A stretch of DNA of 64,000 nt from Eledone cirrhosa. Taxonomy: Eukaryota. Shown piece by piece: positions 40,621 through 55,130 of the stretch (positions within the stretch are counted from its first letter, which is position 1; each line of letters starts with the position of its first letter). Under the pieces are notes generated by a model that did no database searches, was not told where the DNA came from, and saw only the letters and a list, made by a program, of their open reading frames with translations. Location: contig OZ024745.1 in the NCBI GenBank assembly GCA_964016885.1, forward strand, positions 45,198,001-45,262,000. Reading direction: 5' to 3'. Position numbers and translations under genes: made by a program.

Positions 40621-41380
40621 ACAAACCATTTAGTTTCGCTCCATTTATTTGACAGCTAGAATATATCTCGTTCTTTAAATACCATAACCGATAATAAATC
40701 CAGTGGTTAAATCCCACAACCAGTTCTTACTATATGAAATACCGTATCTTGTTAATCGAGCATTACATACTTGCACAATTACATAAAAACAAGGAACTAG
40801 ACCAGTTGGAAAAAATATGACTTGCAGTGAAATCTTCAAATATATGTCGAACAGGATGGAATTGTGAAAAGATACCCTGTTTGTAGGGTAACATATTTTA
40901 GATGTTTGAATTCTTTTATCAATGTAATATGCGTTGCATGATCTTTTGTATATTAGTAGAGCGTTAGCAGTGTTTTTTTGTTAATGTTACTATAATTTTG
41001 TTAATGTTACTATAGAATATATTTATAGATTTGTAGCCAACAATGTGTGTGTAGACATATGTAAACGTATTTTGTGAATAGAAAAAAGTGGGATCAGTCA
41101 GATTATTTTCAATCTGACGTTGGAATTTCATTAATGATTGAGTATCCTCTTTAACTGCCTACGGAGATATTTCTTATAAAGTGTTCAATAAATTGTTCAC
41201 TGAGATATTGCATGAAAATACAAGGTGTTTACATCTATAGATTTTTACGGTATAAAAGTATTGCTATATATATATATATGTATATCACCCCCACCCCCAC
41301 TCTCAAGCGTGAAACTAATATTAACATATGTACTGCATCTTCGCTTCCACGTTGTTTTTTGTTTTTTGTTTACTGTCGCA

Positions 41381-41443
<63 letters not shown>

Positions 41444-41529
41444 TATGTACACGTACATACATATATGTATACAGACATACAGTAGTATGTATATATATAT
41501 ATATACATACATGCACACATATATATATG

Positions 41530-41919
41530 TACGTATGGATTCACCGAACATTTATTATAATGCTCGGTGTGTTTGTAAACAAACATCCCGTATTAAGCCG
41601 TAGTGTCCAGCAACCATCGTTGCTCGTTTGTTCAACACTGACAAAGGAACGCTGTACTAGTTTCAAGCTTATTAGCTATCGTCAGCAACGTATACCTTCC
41701 TGCCAGATTGTTGAACGTATATACTTACCTTATGCATTTTAACGGCTGAGTAGCCCAATTTGCATATCGAGTGGGTTAATCGGCCGGGTGCACCGAAAAC
41801 GATAAACGGAAAAAATGAAACGAAATTTCATTTCCCACTCTTAGTACGGCTGTTACTTAAATATATTTAAGAAACAGCCGTACTAAGAGTGGGAAATGAA
41901 ATTTCGTTTCATTTTTTCC

Positions 41920-41925
<6 letters not shown>
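41530..41925. mobile_element. Inverted terminal-repeat insertion (near-perfect palindrome 41802-41925, long left arm)
   Basis: ataaacggaaaaaatgaaacgaaatttc..cggctgtt mirrored around ttaaatatatttaa. (TA)n flanks. Confidence 0.8.
41649..41691 (-). ncRNA. Very compact hammerhead ribozyme
   Basis: acgttg CTGACGA t agct aata agct t GAAA c ta g TA cagcgt. Palindromic ACTAGT stem III; GUA triplet. Confidence 0.8.
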
Positions 41926-41974
<49 letters not shown>

Positions 41975-43239
41975 AGTGAATGTTAGAGCGAAAACAAATT
42001 TTAGACACATTGTGTGTATATTTATATGTATGCGTATTCTGATTATTGTAACACTCCCATTAGAAGCACCACCATTTCACGCAATATAATGTAACCTCAT
42101 AATTGGGATGTGATGGAGGTAATTGTTTTTACAATTATTTGAAAAAGGCAAATTATTTTAGAAACTTGAAATAAAAAGAGTAACCAATAATTATAGTAGT
42201 TAATACTTTTCTCATAACCTCCCATTTTCGAAATTCATCATAGATTAAACATGCCAAATTCAGAAAAATATTTGTCAAAAGCAGAAGAAATGCTGGGAAA
42301 TTCTTATTGAAATATCTATCAGTTTTCATGGCATGGACATATTATTATATGTATGATTTAATAAAACAATCTCTCTGATGAATTGTGTTCTTTCAAAGTA
42401 TACGGTATGTGGAAGTAAAACGAACTTTAGAGCCTTCCAAATAATTAGAAAATATAAAATGTGTCATTAGATGAAAACGGGGTGGGGGTGGGGTGGAGAG
42501 ATAGAGAGAGAGAGAGAAGTAAATAAATAAATAGATAGACAGATAGATAGAGATATCCACATGTCGTAGGTAGATGATGTTTAACTTACACTAAAACGTT
42601 TACGAGAAAATGAATGTTTACTATTATGGTTGCTAAAGAAGATTATTTAAATGGATATGCCCAAGAGAGGGAAGCATTAAGATAAAAAAAGGTCTTGTGG
42701 GCAATTAAATGAAAGATGTGAAGCTTGATAGGTATATGACGGAAACATTTATTGTTTGTAGATAATTTCATATTTTGGTATTGGCTAAATTGAAATCATC
42801 TACAAATACAGATAATTAACCTCATTGTGGGGGTGAATCAGTACAATAGAATTCACCGAAGTGTACTATTATATCTAGCATCAATTAACAAAAAAAAAAA
42901 AAAAAAAAAAAAAAAATAAGAGTAATAATAATGATTTCTAATTTTGACACAAGGCCAGCAATTTATGGGAACGGGAAGATCGATTATATCGAGTCAATAT
43001 TTGACTGTTACTTTATTATATCGAACTCAGAAAGATGAAAAAAAAGTTGATCTCTGTGGAATTTGAATTCAGTACGTAATGAGATTGAATAAATACCGCA
43101 AATAATTTGTCCGATGCTCTAACGATTTTGCCAATAAAACACTCCAAATAATAGTAGTAATGATAAAAAAAAAGATTTATTTTATTTTCCACAAGGCCGC
43201 ACGACATTGTGGGCAAAGCAAGAACGAAAAGCAAGTAAC

Positions 43240-44919
43240 CACGAACAAGATAGCACCAACAGTAAACACATTTACCAAGAATGCAAGGAGTAAGTGACTA
43301 ACAGTTCTGTAGATACAAACGAAGGTTGGAACTATAAAAACTGAGTCCATCCCAATCATCAGAAGGATATTACAGGTGGACACCCTACCACAACTGCTCT
43401 TTTGCTTAGCACTGACACCATTATCTGGACCACTAAACAGAAGTGGACTAGGGTCTAAAATTAACCATCACCTATTTATGGATGACCTGAAGCTGTATGC
43501 TGTAGACCAAAGACAACTCAAAACACTGCTACAGACAGTAAATGGATTCACAAAAGAAATAGGCATGAACTTTGGACTAGAAAAATGTGTTAAGGCAAAT
43601 CTGAAAAGATGAGAACTAGTGAAAAACACTAATATAAAGAAGCTGAGATAAGTGAATTAGATCAAACAGACACATACAATTACTTAGGAATCAACAAACA
43701 AGATAGGGTTCAAGAAACAGATGAAAGAAAAGATTAGAAAGGAATACCACAGACGGATTAGATTACTTAACACTGAACTACGCGCAAAGAAAAAGGTAAT
43801 TGGCATCAATACTTTAACGATCTCATTAGTGAACTACAACTTTAATATTCTGAACTAGACATTAAAAGAACTAGCAGAAAAACAAGAAAAATAATGACTG
43901 CATTTCGAATACACCATCCAAAATCAGTTGGAAAAAAAAGATTATACCTGCCACAAACAAAAGGAGGAAGGGGCCTTATGCAATTAGAAAACTGTTATAA
44001 AATAACTACTCTGAGGCTACAAACATATCCACTGAATAATAAAGGAAAGACATGACACATGAACAAAACAAAAAAAATGTTCTCTGTCTTCAAGGAAGCC
44101 AACAAATCCAAATCGGAAGTTGGATTAATAGGTAACTGAGGAAAATGAAAACACAGATGAAACAGCAACATAAGCTGCGAAAAAGATAAAATCTAAATTG
44201 AAAACAGACCTCCTGAACACCGACTTAAAACGATGGTAAGAAAACCTCTTTCATGGGCAATATCTGAAAAAGCTGAACAGAGGGTAAATGGACAAGCAAA
44301 ACTCACAAAATTCTCTACGAAGTACTGGACTAAAAGCCAGGATGGAAGGGTTTCTAATTGCAGACCAAGATAAAGCCTCCCCACCAGAAACCAGCGGAAG
44401 TATATAATGCAGCTGAAACCGTAAGTAACTGCCTAGTCTTGGCGAAAAAGGAATATTTCCACAAATGTGGCAGAGTTTGGATTTATATAGACTAGAAGTT
44501 ATGCCAACATTATGAAATATTAATAGAAAAAGGATGGTACAGATATACACCACAAAAGGCGTCAAAGAACGATATGCTAATGCATACAGCAGAGAGATGA
44601 AAGCCAATCGACCAGATATTATAGTCAAGACCACAACGAAAAAATGTATTCTAATTGATGTATCAATTCCCACAAATGACAATATATCTATTTGGAAATG
44701 GAGAATCTATGGAAATATAAAGATCTGGAGGTATAAATAACCCCTAATCACAGGACTTGCAAATATATACAGCATACAAAACAAAGCACTACTGGGCACC
44801 ACCACACACATATTACTCTGAACACAAGAGAAACAACACCACACAAAATTACACTGAATATATCTAAGGAGTACCGGGCTGCGTTCGGGAATTTAGTGAC
44901 AACGCGCAATGAAAATAAA
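43240..44919 (+). pseudogene. R4/Dong-like non-LTR retrotransposon (RT plus RLE), decayed
   Basis: ILQVDTLPQLLFCLALTPLS, INHHLFMDDLKLYA, RLE NRPDIIV..CILIDVSIP. 3' end abuts (TAC)n at 44920-45005. Confidence 0.85.
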
Positions 44920-45007
<88 letters not shown>

Positions 45008-45599
45008 CTCCACCACCATCTCCTCCTCAATGGTTTCTGAGGGAATATAAATCTGAGAATAAACATTGGCTGAGAGAGTACGACAGGTGAGCCAACATAA
45101 CTTTTCTTGTTTGAACCGGTTTTTGTGGTTTTTTCCTCCCATTCTCCCTTGCTAATATAAACCGTTAACATTTACTTCCTCGGGTTTGTTATATTTATTG
45201 AACTTGAACTTACCACTGGAACTTCACTACTGTTTTATAATTAATTTCTTGTATATACTGATGTAAGGGTGTTGGACATGTGATCATAATGTCGTGGGTT
45301 CGATTCCTGGATTGCGTGTTGTGTTCTTTAGCAAAACACTTCATTTCACGTTGCTCCAGTATACTCAACTGAAAACGAATACCAGCAAGCAATAGCTGGG
45401 GGTTTAACCCTGCGATGGGCTGGCGTCCTGTCCAGGGTGTAGTCTTGTACTTTCAGTCGCTTCACGCCATGAAACTGGGATAAGCACTGGCCAAATGAGC
45501 CTTCTGGCTTAAGACAGACTTTAGACTTTAGATATACTGATGTATGTATGTATGTAACCTATGTGTATGTATGTATATATGTCGGAAAATAATAAGATT

Positions 45600-47569
45600 C
45601 CCCACCTCCCTGCTGGACCCAACGTCATTTGAAAATTCACCAAAAGTAACAGTGAACCAAAGTTGAAATACTGTTCATTGCTGCAACATGTAGAAGGAAT
45701 CCTTTGTAGGACTAAAGAGTAAAGTTCGTGCCACCCACGTGTGAGAGGGGGATCAGGTGGTGGTAATCCTTAAAATCGAGATGCAGCCATCATGTATATA
45801 TGTAATCTCTGTATGTATGTATGTATGTATGTATGTATGTATGTATGTATGTATGTATGTATGTATGTATGTATGTATGTATGTATGTATGTATGTATGT
45901 ATGTATGTCGCATGGTCGGGTCGTTGGCGACTAAACCGGCAACCCCACCAAGTTTACTTGGTGAGTAGGGTGATTTTTGACACCCTGCAGGACAAAAACA
46001 AAACCTGACAAAGGGCGGGAGAACTCATAAGAGTCAACGGCCATCTAAAAGTGTTATACATATGTATATACACATGTACATATGTATATATGTATATATG
46101 CACATGGGTGTATGTGTATGTAAATGCGCGGGGATATAGAAATAGTCGGGCTGGACACCCGATCGCGCGGTTAAACCACTGGGAGTGAAGGACCCCTAGC
46201 CTTTGTCAGGGCATTCTTCTAGGAGAAGGCATCTGAGGAAACTGGGGTAACTCCGATATAAAACCTGCGACTCCGTAGTTACCGATGATGTTGATCTTTT
46301 CCTCTTTTCGGGTTATAGCTACTGTCACTTAGAGAGTGAGATTGGCTCAGTGCACAGTCTTTCCTCACTTTAAAAATATCTTCACGCACGGGCATTGCAC
46401 GATAGAATTAATTAATAATTATTAATAATGGTATATCGTGCAATGACCATACTCGATAACGAGGAGGCAGCCATCATGTATGTATGTATGTATGTATGTA
46501 TGTATGTATGTATGTATGTATGTATGTATGTATGTATGTATGTATGTATGTATGTATGGCTTTGTGCAGTGCCTTTGCTCACTATAAAGGCTTCACGGCA
46601 CAGGCATTGCTTTATATCTAGAGATCTCTCTGCACTTGTCGTCACATGGTACGACGGGCCCAGCACTATGGTGTCAATAATTGTCACAAGTGTAGTGTTT
46701 GTACCAGAGTTTCCAAGTCGCTGGCTGGACTAAAAAGTCACACTTGTTCAACGCATCGGTAGGGGTTCTCCTACATGGATATAAAGTAGTGGCCGTACTC
46801 GAAAACGAGTTGGCAGCCACCATGTATGTATGTATGTATGTATGTATGTATGTATGTATGTATGTATGTATGTATGTATGTATGTATGTACGTATGTACG
46901 TACGTATGTATGTATGTATGTATGTATGTATGTATGTATGTATGTATGTATGTATGTATGTCAGGTCACCAGTTGGTGCTACTGGTAACATGTATCCCAG
47001 TACAACCTGTCTCATGGTCGGGTCGTTTGCGACTAAACTGGCAACCCCACCAAGGTTTCTTGGTGAGGAGGGTGACTTTGGACATCCTGCAGGACTAAAA
47101 ACAAAACCTGTCAAAGGGCAAAGGAGCTCTTAAGAGTCAATAGTCATCCAAAATCACCGGGAGAGATGACCCCTTAGCCTTTGTCAAGGCAGAATTCTAG
47201 GAGAAGGAAAACTCTGATATAACACCTGCAACCCTGATGGTAATCCAATGATGTTGACTTGTTCTTCTTTTTGGTAAATATCATCTTGGTTAAGAGAGTG
47301 GGACTGGCTTTGTGCAGTGCCTTTGCTCACTATAAAAGCTTCACGGCACAGGCATTGCTTTATATCTGGAGATCTCTCTGCACTTGTCGTCACATGGTAC
47401 CATGGGCCCAGCACTATGTGTCAATAATTGTCACAAGTGTAGTGTTTGTACCAGAGTTTTCAAGTCGCTGGCTGGACTAAAAAGTCACACTCGTTCAGCG
47501 CTTCGGTAGGGGTTCTCCTACAAGGATATAAAGTAGTGGCCGTACTCGAAAACGAGTTGGCAGCCACCA
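45600..47569 (+). mobile_element. Chain of RTE-derived short retroposons separated by (TATG)n
   Basis: 3' ends ..ggcagcca(c/t)c+ATGT at about 45792, 46476, 46822 and 47569. The 3' part encodes [20 protein letters not shown], an RTE-type C-terminal zinc finger. Longest unit 46960-47569 (about 610 bp), with no RT. Confidence 0.8.
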
Positions 47570-47645
47570 TGTATGTATGTATGTATGTATGTATGTATGT
47601 ATGTATGTATGTATGTATGTATGTGTGTGTGTGTGTATGTATGTA

Positions 47646-47676
<31 letters not shown>

Positions 47677-48919
47677 ATGTATGTACGTACGTACGTATTT
47701 ATGTATGTAAGTATGAACGTACGTATGTATGTATGTATGTATGTATGTATGTATGTATGTATGTATGTATGTATGTATGTATGTATGTACGTATGTATGT
47801 ATGTATGTATGTATGTATGTATGTATGTATGTATGTATGTATATATGTTTGTACATACATGTATGTATGTTTTTACACACATGTATGTAAGTTTGGGAAA
47901 TCCTTTTAGATAAACGCTACTCATTTTCTGTGAGTTACTGATTTTTTCTAGGCGTTGCAGTTCTTTTTATGTTTACTTAAATTGCTGCAGCACAGCTATG
48001 AATATACCGCTTGGTAGATGAGGGGCAGTGAGGTTTTGTAGTGTGGTATGTATAGAGGAATACATAACAGAATAGTTCCAGTCACCCACCTAGCTATTTC
48101 TGATGCATTAGGGTTGAAGCACATGTGATGTCATTGTAAGTATATACCTAGAGGAGCTCCGACTAGTCAGGGTATGGGGTGGGGTCATTGTATAGTTTGT
48201 TGAAATGTGTTGCATAGTAGTAGCGATAAGGCAGTATTCGTAAGACACTACAGTTGGTTGCAGAGATAGTTATGATCTGGCGGAGGTTGAATTTGGAGGT
48301 GAGGATGTGGTGGAGCGTATTTTGAGTGTGTATGTCTGTTGGTCTGGAATACATGCAGCGGAAAAAATAAGTAAATGTAGCAAGTTGAGGATTGCAATGG
48401 CGGTATCAGTATGACATGGGTACGAGAGTCAGAAGGAGTTATGGGCAATAAGGTCAAACGTGGAAGTAGTATTTACAGAGATATCATTTTTGAGAAACGG
48501 ACGTTAGGAGAATTCCGCAAATTTTATGGAAATCTTTTGGCGAGTAACCAAAAGAACGGGCTGCAATTTCGATGGCGAGAGAGCCCGCCTGTTGTAAAGA
48601 TAAACGACGGCATATTTTGCATTTTGAATGGTAGTCGTATAGTAGTTGCAACAGTAGGTAAAAACCGTCTGAATTATAGGATGGTGAACCTGGATGACAT
48701 CCACCCAGCCCCTTTATGTCGTCTACTTTGTTTTATTACAGCATAAACTACTTTCACTTGGGGAAGAGGGATAGAAGGTTGAGATAATGTATTTTGATCG
48801 ATTGGAGGATGTGAAGGGAATATGTGTAACTCGGAGATCAGAGTGTCACTCCAGATAGAGCCGCTACTTCTCCGAATTGAGAGATCACAGCTCCGATACT
48901 ATGGGCATGTGGTTAGAAT

Positions 48920-49150
48920 GTTTCAGTAAAGAATTGCTGGACAAAAGAATTGCTGGGCAAAACAAACCGGCAAGAGACCCAAGGGCAGACCCTGAACAAA
49001 ATGGTTGGATAATATCCATGAACTTTGCTGGTCACGCTTGGTGATCTAGGTGGTTGGAGATGGTTGCTTCTGACAGGACCCACTGGAAGGAGTGTTTGAG
49101 GACTCTGCTCCTACGACCCTCTCAGGAATAAATGGGCGAAGAAGAGAAGA
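48920..49150 (+). mobile_element. Degraded RTE 3' end
   Basis: GKRPKGRP*TKWLDNI, then a 3' tail ctgctcctacgaccctctcagg. Confidence 0.6.
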
Positions 49151-50153
49151 TATGTAAATAAATGGCCTGAATCATATGCTTAGTTGTCTCTGATATGTTA
49201 AATGTGAAGCCCATGCACTGCCAGTTTAGTTAGTACAGAAGTTGTGGTTTGTAGGCGGAGGTGGTGTTGAGGAGTAAGTGGTCTTAATTAGGTATATGTG
49301 TGAAGTTAGACATGAACACCATAACATTTTGAATGAGACCAAGTTTACGTTAGAATGTAAATCGTTATATGCATCTCCGTCGGTTGCGACGATGTATGCA
49401 CCAGTTGTTGGAAATGAACGTGTAAGTAGATAAGCATTCATTCCACAGATACGTGTACCTTTAAAGTAGTTTTAAGGGAGATTCTGCATGACACCGTGTT
49501 TACCAAAGGTTGTCCCTTTGAATTACAGGTACAGTTCTTCTGATGAGCTTCTAAACAGTTTCCAACTACCCAATTACACCCACAAGGCATGGGTCGATAC
49601 AAGGTTATGGTAAATAACATTTGCCCAAGATACAACTCAGTGGGATCAAATCCGGGAACTAAAGATTGCGAAACAAACTTCTTAACAATTCGGCCATTTT
49701 ACGTCAACAAAATTTCGCATGCGCTCAGTTTATGAATATTAGTGTGGACATGTTTATATGACAAGAATGTGTCATCAAATGATGTACCGGAATATTACAA
49801 CATCCATCGTTGTTGCAGATACTGAAAAATAGCTTTAAAAAAAAAAAGAAAGAAAAATTGGTTAATACTTGTTATCTTTTGTTGTATATCTCACATGACA
49901 ATAAGGATCGCGTAAGAGATGAATTGTGTGGGAGGTTAAGAAAACATAATGGAAAATGAGCTTCTTTTGAGAGAGTGAGAGGGGTGAGAACAAGAATGGT
50001 ATGGAAAAGCGAGAGAGAGGGAGAGAGAAAGAGAGGGTGAGTGATAAATATGAACAGATGCTAACAATAATGAATGCACTATTTAACACTTAGTTCCAAG
50101 CATGCATCAAGATGGACAGATTAATTTGCAAAATTCCGTGTATTGATATGTAT

Positions 50154-50249
<96 letters not shown>

Positions 50250-51366
50250 TTATATATATATATATATATGCATATACACACACATATTATTGTTATTGAA
50301 GATGAGATGAGAACAAAAGGAAGATGCATATGTGCTTGTGTAGGTGGCTGCCTACACAAGGAACAATTATGAAGAATAACATAGACAAATAAATTCATTG
50401 AAATAATGTTTCTAGATTCAAGTGTGAAAACCCGACATTAGATGTTAGAAGTGTATTGGAATGATATCGCTAGAAGTGACATGATTATCATTGTTGGAAA
50501 CAAAGAGGACTCATCAAGCTTTTTTCTTTGTATCACGAAGAGCTATTAAACACTTGGACCAGAAATTACACTAGCGAACATTGTTTATAATATATTAGGG
50601 ACGCAGCATGGTCAAATGGTTAATAATTAGGTTCTGGGTTTGATCCCACTGTGAAGCACATTGCGCAATGGTCATAGACTCACATCGACTCATGCTTTGT
50701 GAGTGAAAATGGGTAGACGGAAACTGTTTCGAAGCCAATCAAATGGACTGTACTTGTAATTCAAAGGGTCAGCCTTGTCTAAGTGTTACGCTGAATTTCT
50801 CTGAAAATTACGTTAAGGGTATATGTATCTGTGGATGGCTCAGCCACGTACTCATTAATTTTATGAGACTGCTGTTCCATTGAGCGAACAACTGGAATAT
50901 TCACCGTCGAAAACGACAGAGGTTCACTTCATTCTATTATACTATACTAAAACATTTATGATTCCTAGTTTGGTGATTTTATCTGTTTCAAACCTCAAAG
51001 TTCGCCTTTACCTTTCATGTTTATCGGTTCAACAGCGAGCATTTAGTTTCCTTTCTGGATACCATTAATTCAAATCGGAATGACAGCAGCCTGTTGCAGT
51101 CGGTATTGCAGGCCATTGACCGCGGCAATGTCTTTACCATTTTGGTCGCATGGCGCAACCGAAACACCACCCTGACTTAAGTGTAGAGTCTGTCACCTCT
51201 CCACTTCTCCCTTTCCTTCGTTGCTTAACAATCACTTCTTTTCCTCTCATTTAAGCACTCAACCCCAGGTATTTTCTTCTCCTATCTCTCCTTTTATCCC
51301 CTAGTTTAATGTTACAAAACTGACCATTTTATAGAGATCATATCTAACTTAGTCTTCCAATATAAT

Positions 51367-51542
51367 AATTGTTTCTACTATTGGCACAAGGCCAGCAATT
51401 ACACAGTACATTACTGGTACTTTATTTTATCGACCCCATAAGGATGAAAGGCAAAGTTAACCTCGCCGGGATTTGAACTCAGAATGGCAAGGGCCGTAAC
51501 TCTATGCTGGAAAGCATGGCGTCCGACCCTCTACCGATACTG
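51367..51542 (-). mobile_element. SINE-A
   Basis: Matches the consensus. Confidence 0.9.
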
Positions 51543-51858
51543 ATAATATATATATATTTCTTCCGTTATCATCTTTTTCTCGAATTTTCTCGACCCCCAG
51601 AAAAGCTGAGGTGATTATGTCTTCTCAGAAAGCTTCGACGTAGAAAATCACTTTTATATAAGGGCCTTGAACACCTATGGGTTTTTAATTACGTGTTGCA
51701 TATAGGTATCAAGTGGTTGCGTGAGATGCCAGCACACAGTATATCATTTCACATGATGGAGTATTTAATAGTTTAGGGCAGAAATGGTTAGAATGTTGAA
51801 CTTAGGATCTTAGTATTAGGCGTTAGTACTTCATCAGGAGAGAGTAAAGTTAAATAAA

Positions 51859-51915
<57 letters not shown>

Positions 51916-52537
51916 ATGTGTGGTTCATTGTGTTTATGTTTGTATCGGTGCTGGCCCGGAACGTGAGTACCAGAATCAATATGATCGACTAAATCAACGC
52001 GGTGCCCCCAGCATGGCCGAAGAGCTGTTTACTGAAGCCCGTAAAACACTGAGAGAAAGAATAAGTAACGTATTGAAAGAGAAGTTTACACCTCTAAGTT
52101 AAAAATGTTTGCAGGAATGTAATGTGGTTATTCCACGCTTGAAGATACCTCCTCGAGGACTATAACAGTCTCGTGGAATGTTTGGAGCTTCAGTATATTA
52201 ATATGTAATGTGTGGGGTATTATATAACTCATTCATGTTCATGGTTGTTGGCAGCATTCTTCACAGCTACGATATATAATTATCATAACAGCAAATACTG
52301 CACATAGAGTTAGTCACGAACCTACTCACTCACACACTTAACAGATATACACACATACATACTCATATACACATCACATAAGAATATAAATTCGTGTAGT
52401 TGTAAGTGCAAATATCTATGTGTACGTGATTTTGTATGTATTTATATATGCATATATTCAGATATGTATTGCATGTATGTATGTATGTATGTATGTATGT
52501 ATGTATGTATGTATGTATGTATGTATGTATGTATGTA

Positions 52538-53322
52538 TGTTTTCTCTTTCTCTTAAATTTGAGTATATTTTTTGACCGGCCACCTTCCTGGTGGCAAGGT
52601 TGTAAAAGAAAAGAAATTGTCATCCCTTGAATCGCAAGAATGTTTTGCAAATTTTGAAGGTGCCAGCTATCGCAGCCATTTGTAGACTATGAATTAGGGA
52701 GCTGCGCTTTTTGTCCGCAAATCCAAGTTCAGTCATACTTTGGTCCAAGCGGGTTGGTATATAACCCGTAGCACCAATAATGATGGGTATGAAGCTAAAG
52801 GTGTATCTTGGATACTGGATTTGTAAACTCCTCATCAATGGTCCGTAGATGTCCTCCTTCTCCTGTATTTTTCTGACAACGTTTACATCAAGTATGTATG
52901 TATGTATGTATGTACGTACGTACGTACGTATGTTTTCTCTTTCTCTTAATTTCGAGTATATTTTTTTGACCGGCCACCTTCCTGGTGGCAAGGTTGTAAA
53001 AGAAAAGAAATTGTCATCCCTTGAATCGCAAGAATGTTTTGCAAATTTTGAAGGTGCCAGCTATCGCAGCCATTTGTAGACTATGAATTAGGGAGCTGCG
53101 CTTTTTGTCCGCAAATCCAAGTTCAGTCATACTTTGGTCTAAGCGGGTTGGTATATAACCCGTAGCACCAATAATGATGGGTATGAAGCTAAAGGTGTAT
53201 CTTGGATACTGAATTTGTAAACTCCTCATCAATGGTCCGTAGATGTCCTCCTTCTCCTGTATTTTTCTGACAACGTTTACATCAAGTGGGCAGCTGATCT
53301 CCACAACAGAACACGTTTTCAA
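52538..53322 (-). mobile_element. Two tandem 5'-truncated RLE LINE copies (52538-52892, 52932-53322) in (TATG)n
   Basis: Encodes [54 protein letters not shown], an RLE C-terminus (R4-like). Confidence 0.88.
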
Positions 53323-53411
53323 TGTATGTATGTATGTATGTATGTATGTATGTATGTATGTATGTATGTATGTATGTATGTATGTATCTATCAAACCATC
53401 AACCTGCCTGG

Positions 53412-53527
<116 letters not shown>

Positions 53528-53993
53528 TCTTTTTTATTTCGGGAATTTTACCCGCCCTAGATATATATATGTGTGTGTATGTGTATGAGTGTGTAGTATA
53601 TTATATTATTATTATTATTATTTTATATATATATATACTAGTGTTACTCGTTGTATTACAGGTAATGTCAGGTCACATTACACAATACTTAGATACACAA
53701 ATAATTTTTCTTTTGTTCAACTTCTATGGTGCTTATACAAACAATGAAATATATATTAGATAGAATTAAATTAATACAACACATTTCTCATTTGTTTATT
53801 TGCAATAAATATGTTAGCAAACACACACACATATATTATATATAAACAAGTTTAACAAGTTGAGAGAACAACTTAAAATATGAGAAGAAGATTTCAAACC
53901 CAATGTGTCTGTATAATTAACAATTGAAAACAACATATACATCCGAGGTAAAATGAATAACTGAATTTATCCCCCATTTATTCTTTGATCAAA

Positions 53994-54324
53994 TGGATTG
54001 GCAGTATCGGTAGAGGGTCGGACGCCATGCTTTCCAGCATAGTTACGTCCCTTTACGATCTGAGTTCAAATCCCGCCGAGGTTGACTTTGCCTTTCATCC
54101 TTACGGCGTCGATAAAATAAAGTACCAGTAACGCACTGGGTTATTGCTGGCCTTCTGCCTAAAGTAGAAACAATTATATATTTGAAGCATAGAGTTACCT
54201 CCCTTTATGATTTGAGTTCCAATCCCGCCGAGGTTAACTTTACCTTTCATCCTTACAGGGTCGATAAAATAAAGTACCAGTAATGCACTGGGATAATTGC
54301 TAGCCTTGTGCCAAAAGTAGAAAC

Positions 54325-54327
<3 letters not shown>
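53994..54327 (+). mobile_element. Tandem SINE-A copies (53994-54174; 54184-54327)
   Basis: Two consecutive bodies ending gtagaaacaatt. Confidence 0.9.
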
Positions 54328-54369
<42 letters not shown>

Positions 54370-54688
54370 AATATCCACGGTTAGTTGTGGGGTCCAGTCT
54401 GCATGAAGAACTCAATGTAATCCATATGTTGAAAATGTTGTAGGTTAAAATAAATCCCGGAAAACAATAAAACATCAAAAGGAAAACAGAGTCATGATAG
54501 TCGTCTTCCGAATGAAGGATCAGATAATCCCAACAATAATGCTTATAGTGAGCTTTATGCAAAGAAAGCTCCCTAGAGAATCCAAGGCTGTGGTTGAAGA
54601 ACTGAGTAAAGTCCCATTTGAAATACTTATATACATATATATATTCATATATATACGAGTATATATATATATATAATGTTTGTGTGTG

Positions 54689-54744
<56 letters not shown>

Positions 54745-54829
54745 CAAATAACGAAACGAAATTAAATTTCGTTTCGTTTGTAACTCACTTTTGTATGACT
54801 TAATTATATATATATATATATATATATAT

Positions 54830-54862
<33 letters not shown>

Positions 54863-54889
54863 CACACACACACATATATATAATATATA

Positions 54890-55077
54890 TAACAAAGAGG
54901 ATGGACCATAATGCACCAGAGTACTCAATAATTAGGGTAGTAGAGTGGGTAATAGGAAAAGAGTCAAGAACCCCGGCGGCTGTGCTCCGGCCATCTCGAC
55001 AGCTAGATCCGAACTAACTATAACGGATCTAGCAGTCGAAACGGCCGGAGCTCAGCTGTCGGGGTCTTGACTCTTTT

Positions 55078-55080
<3 letters not shown>
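54890..55080. mobile_element. Family C palindrome in (TA)n
   Basis: Arms about 54952-55011 and 55024-55082. The left arm extends to the family 3' end. Confidence 0.8.

Positions 55081-55130
<50 letters not shown>

Noticed and set aside
48000-48800. Possible host exon (ORF 48411..48746)
   Set aside because: No recognisable domain or splice context; more likely a decayed transposon.
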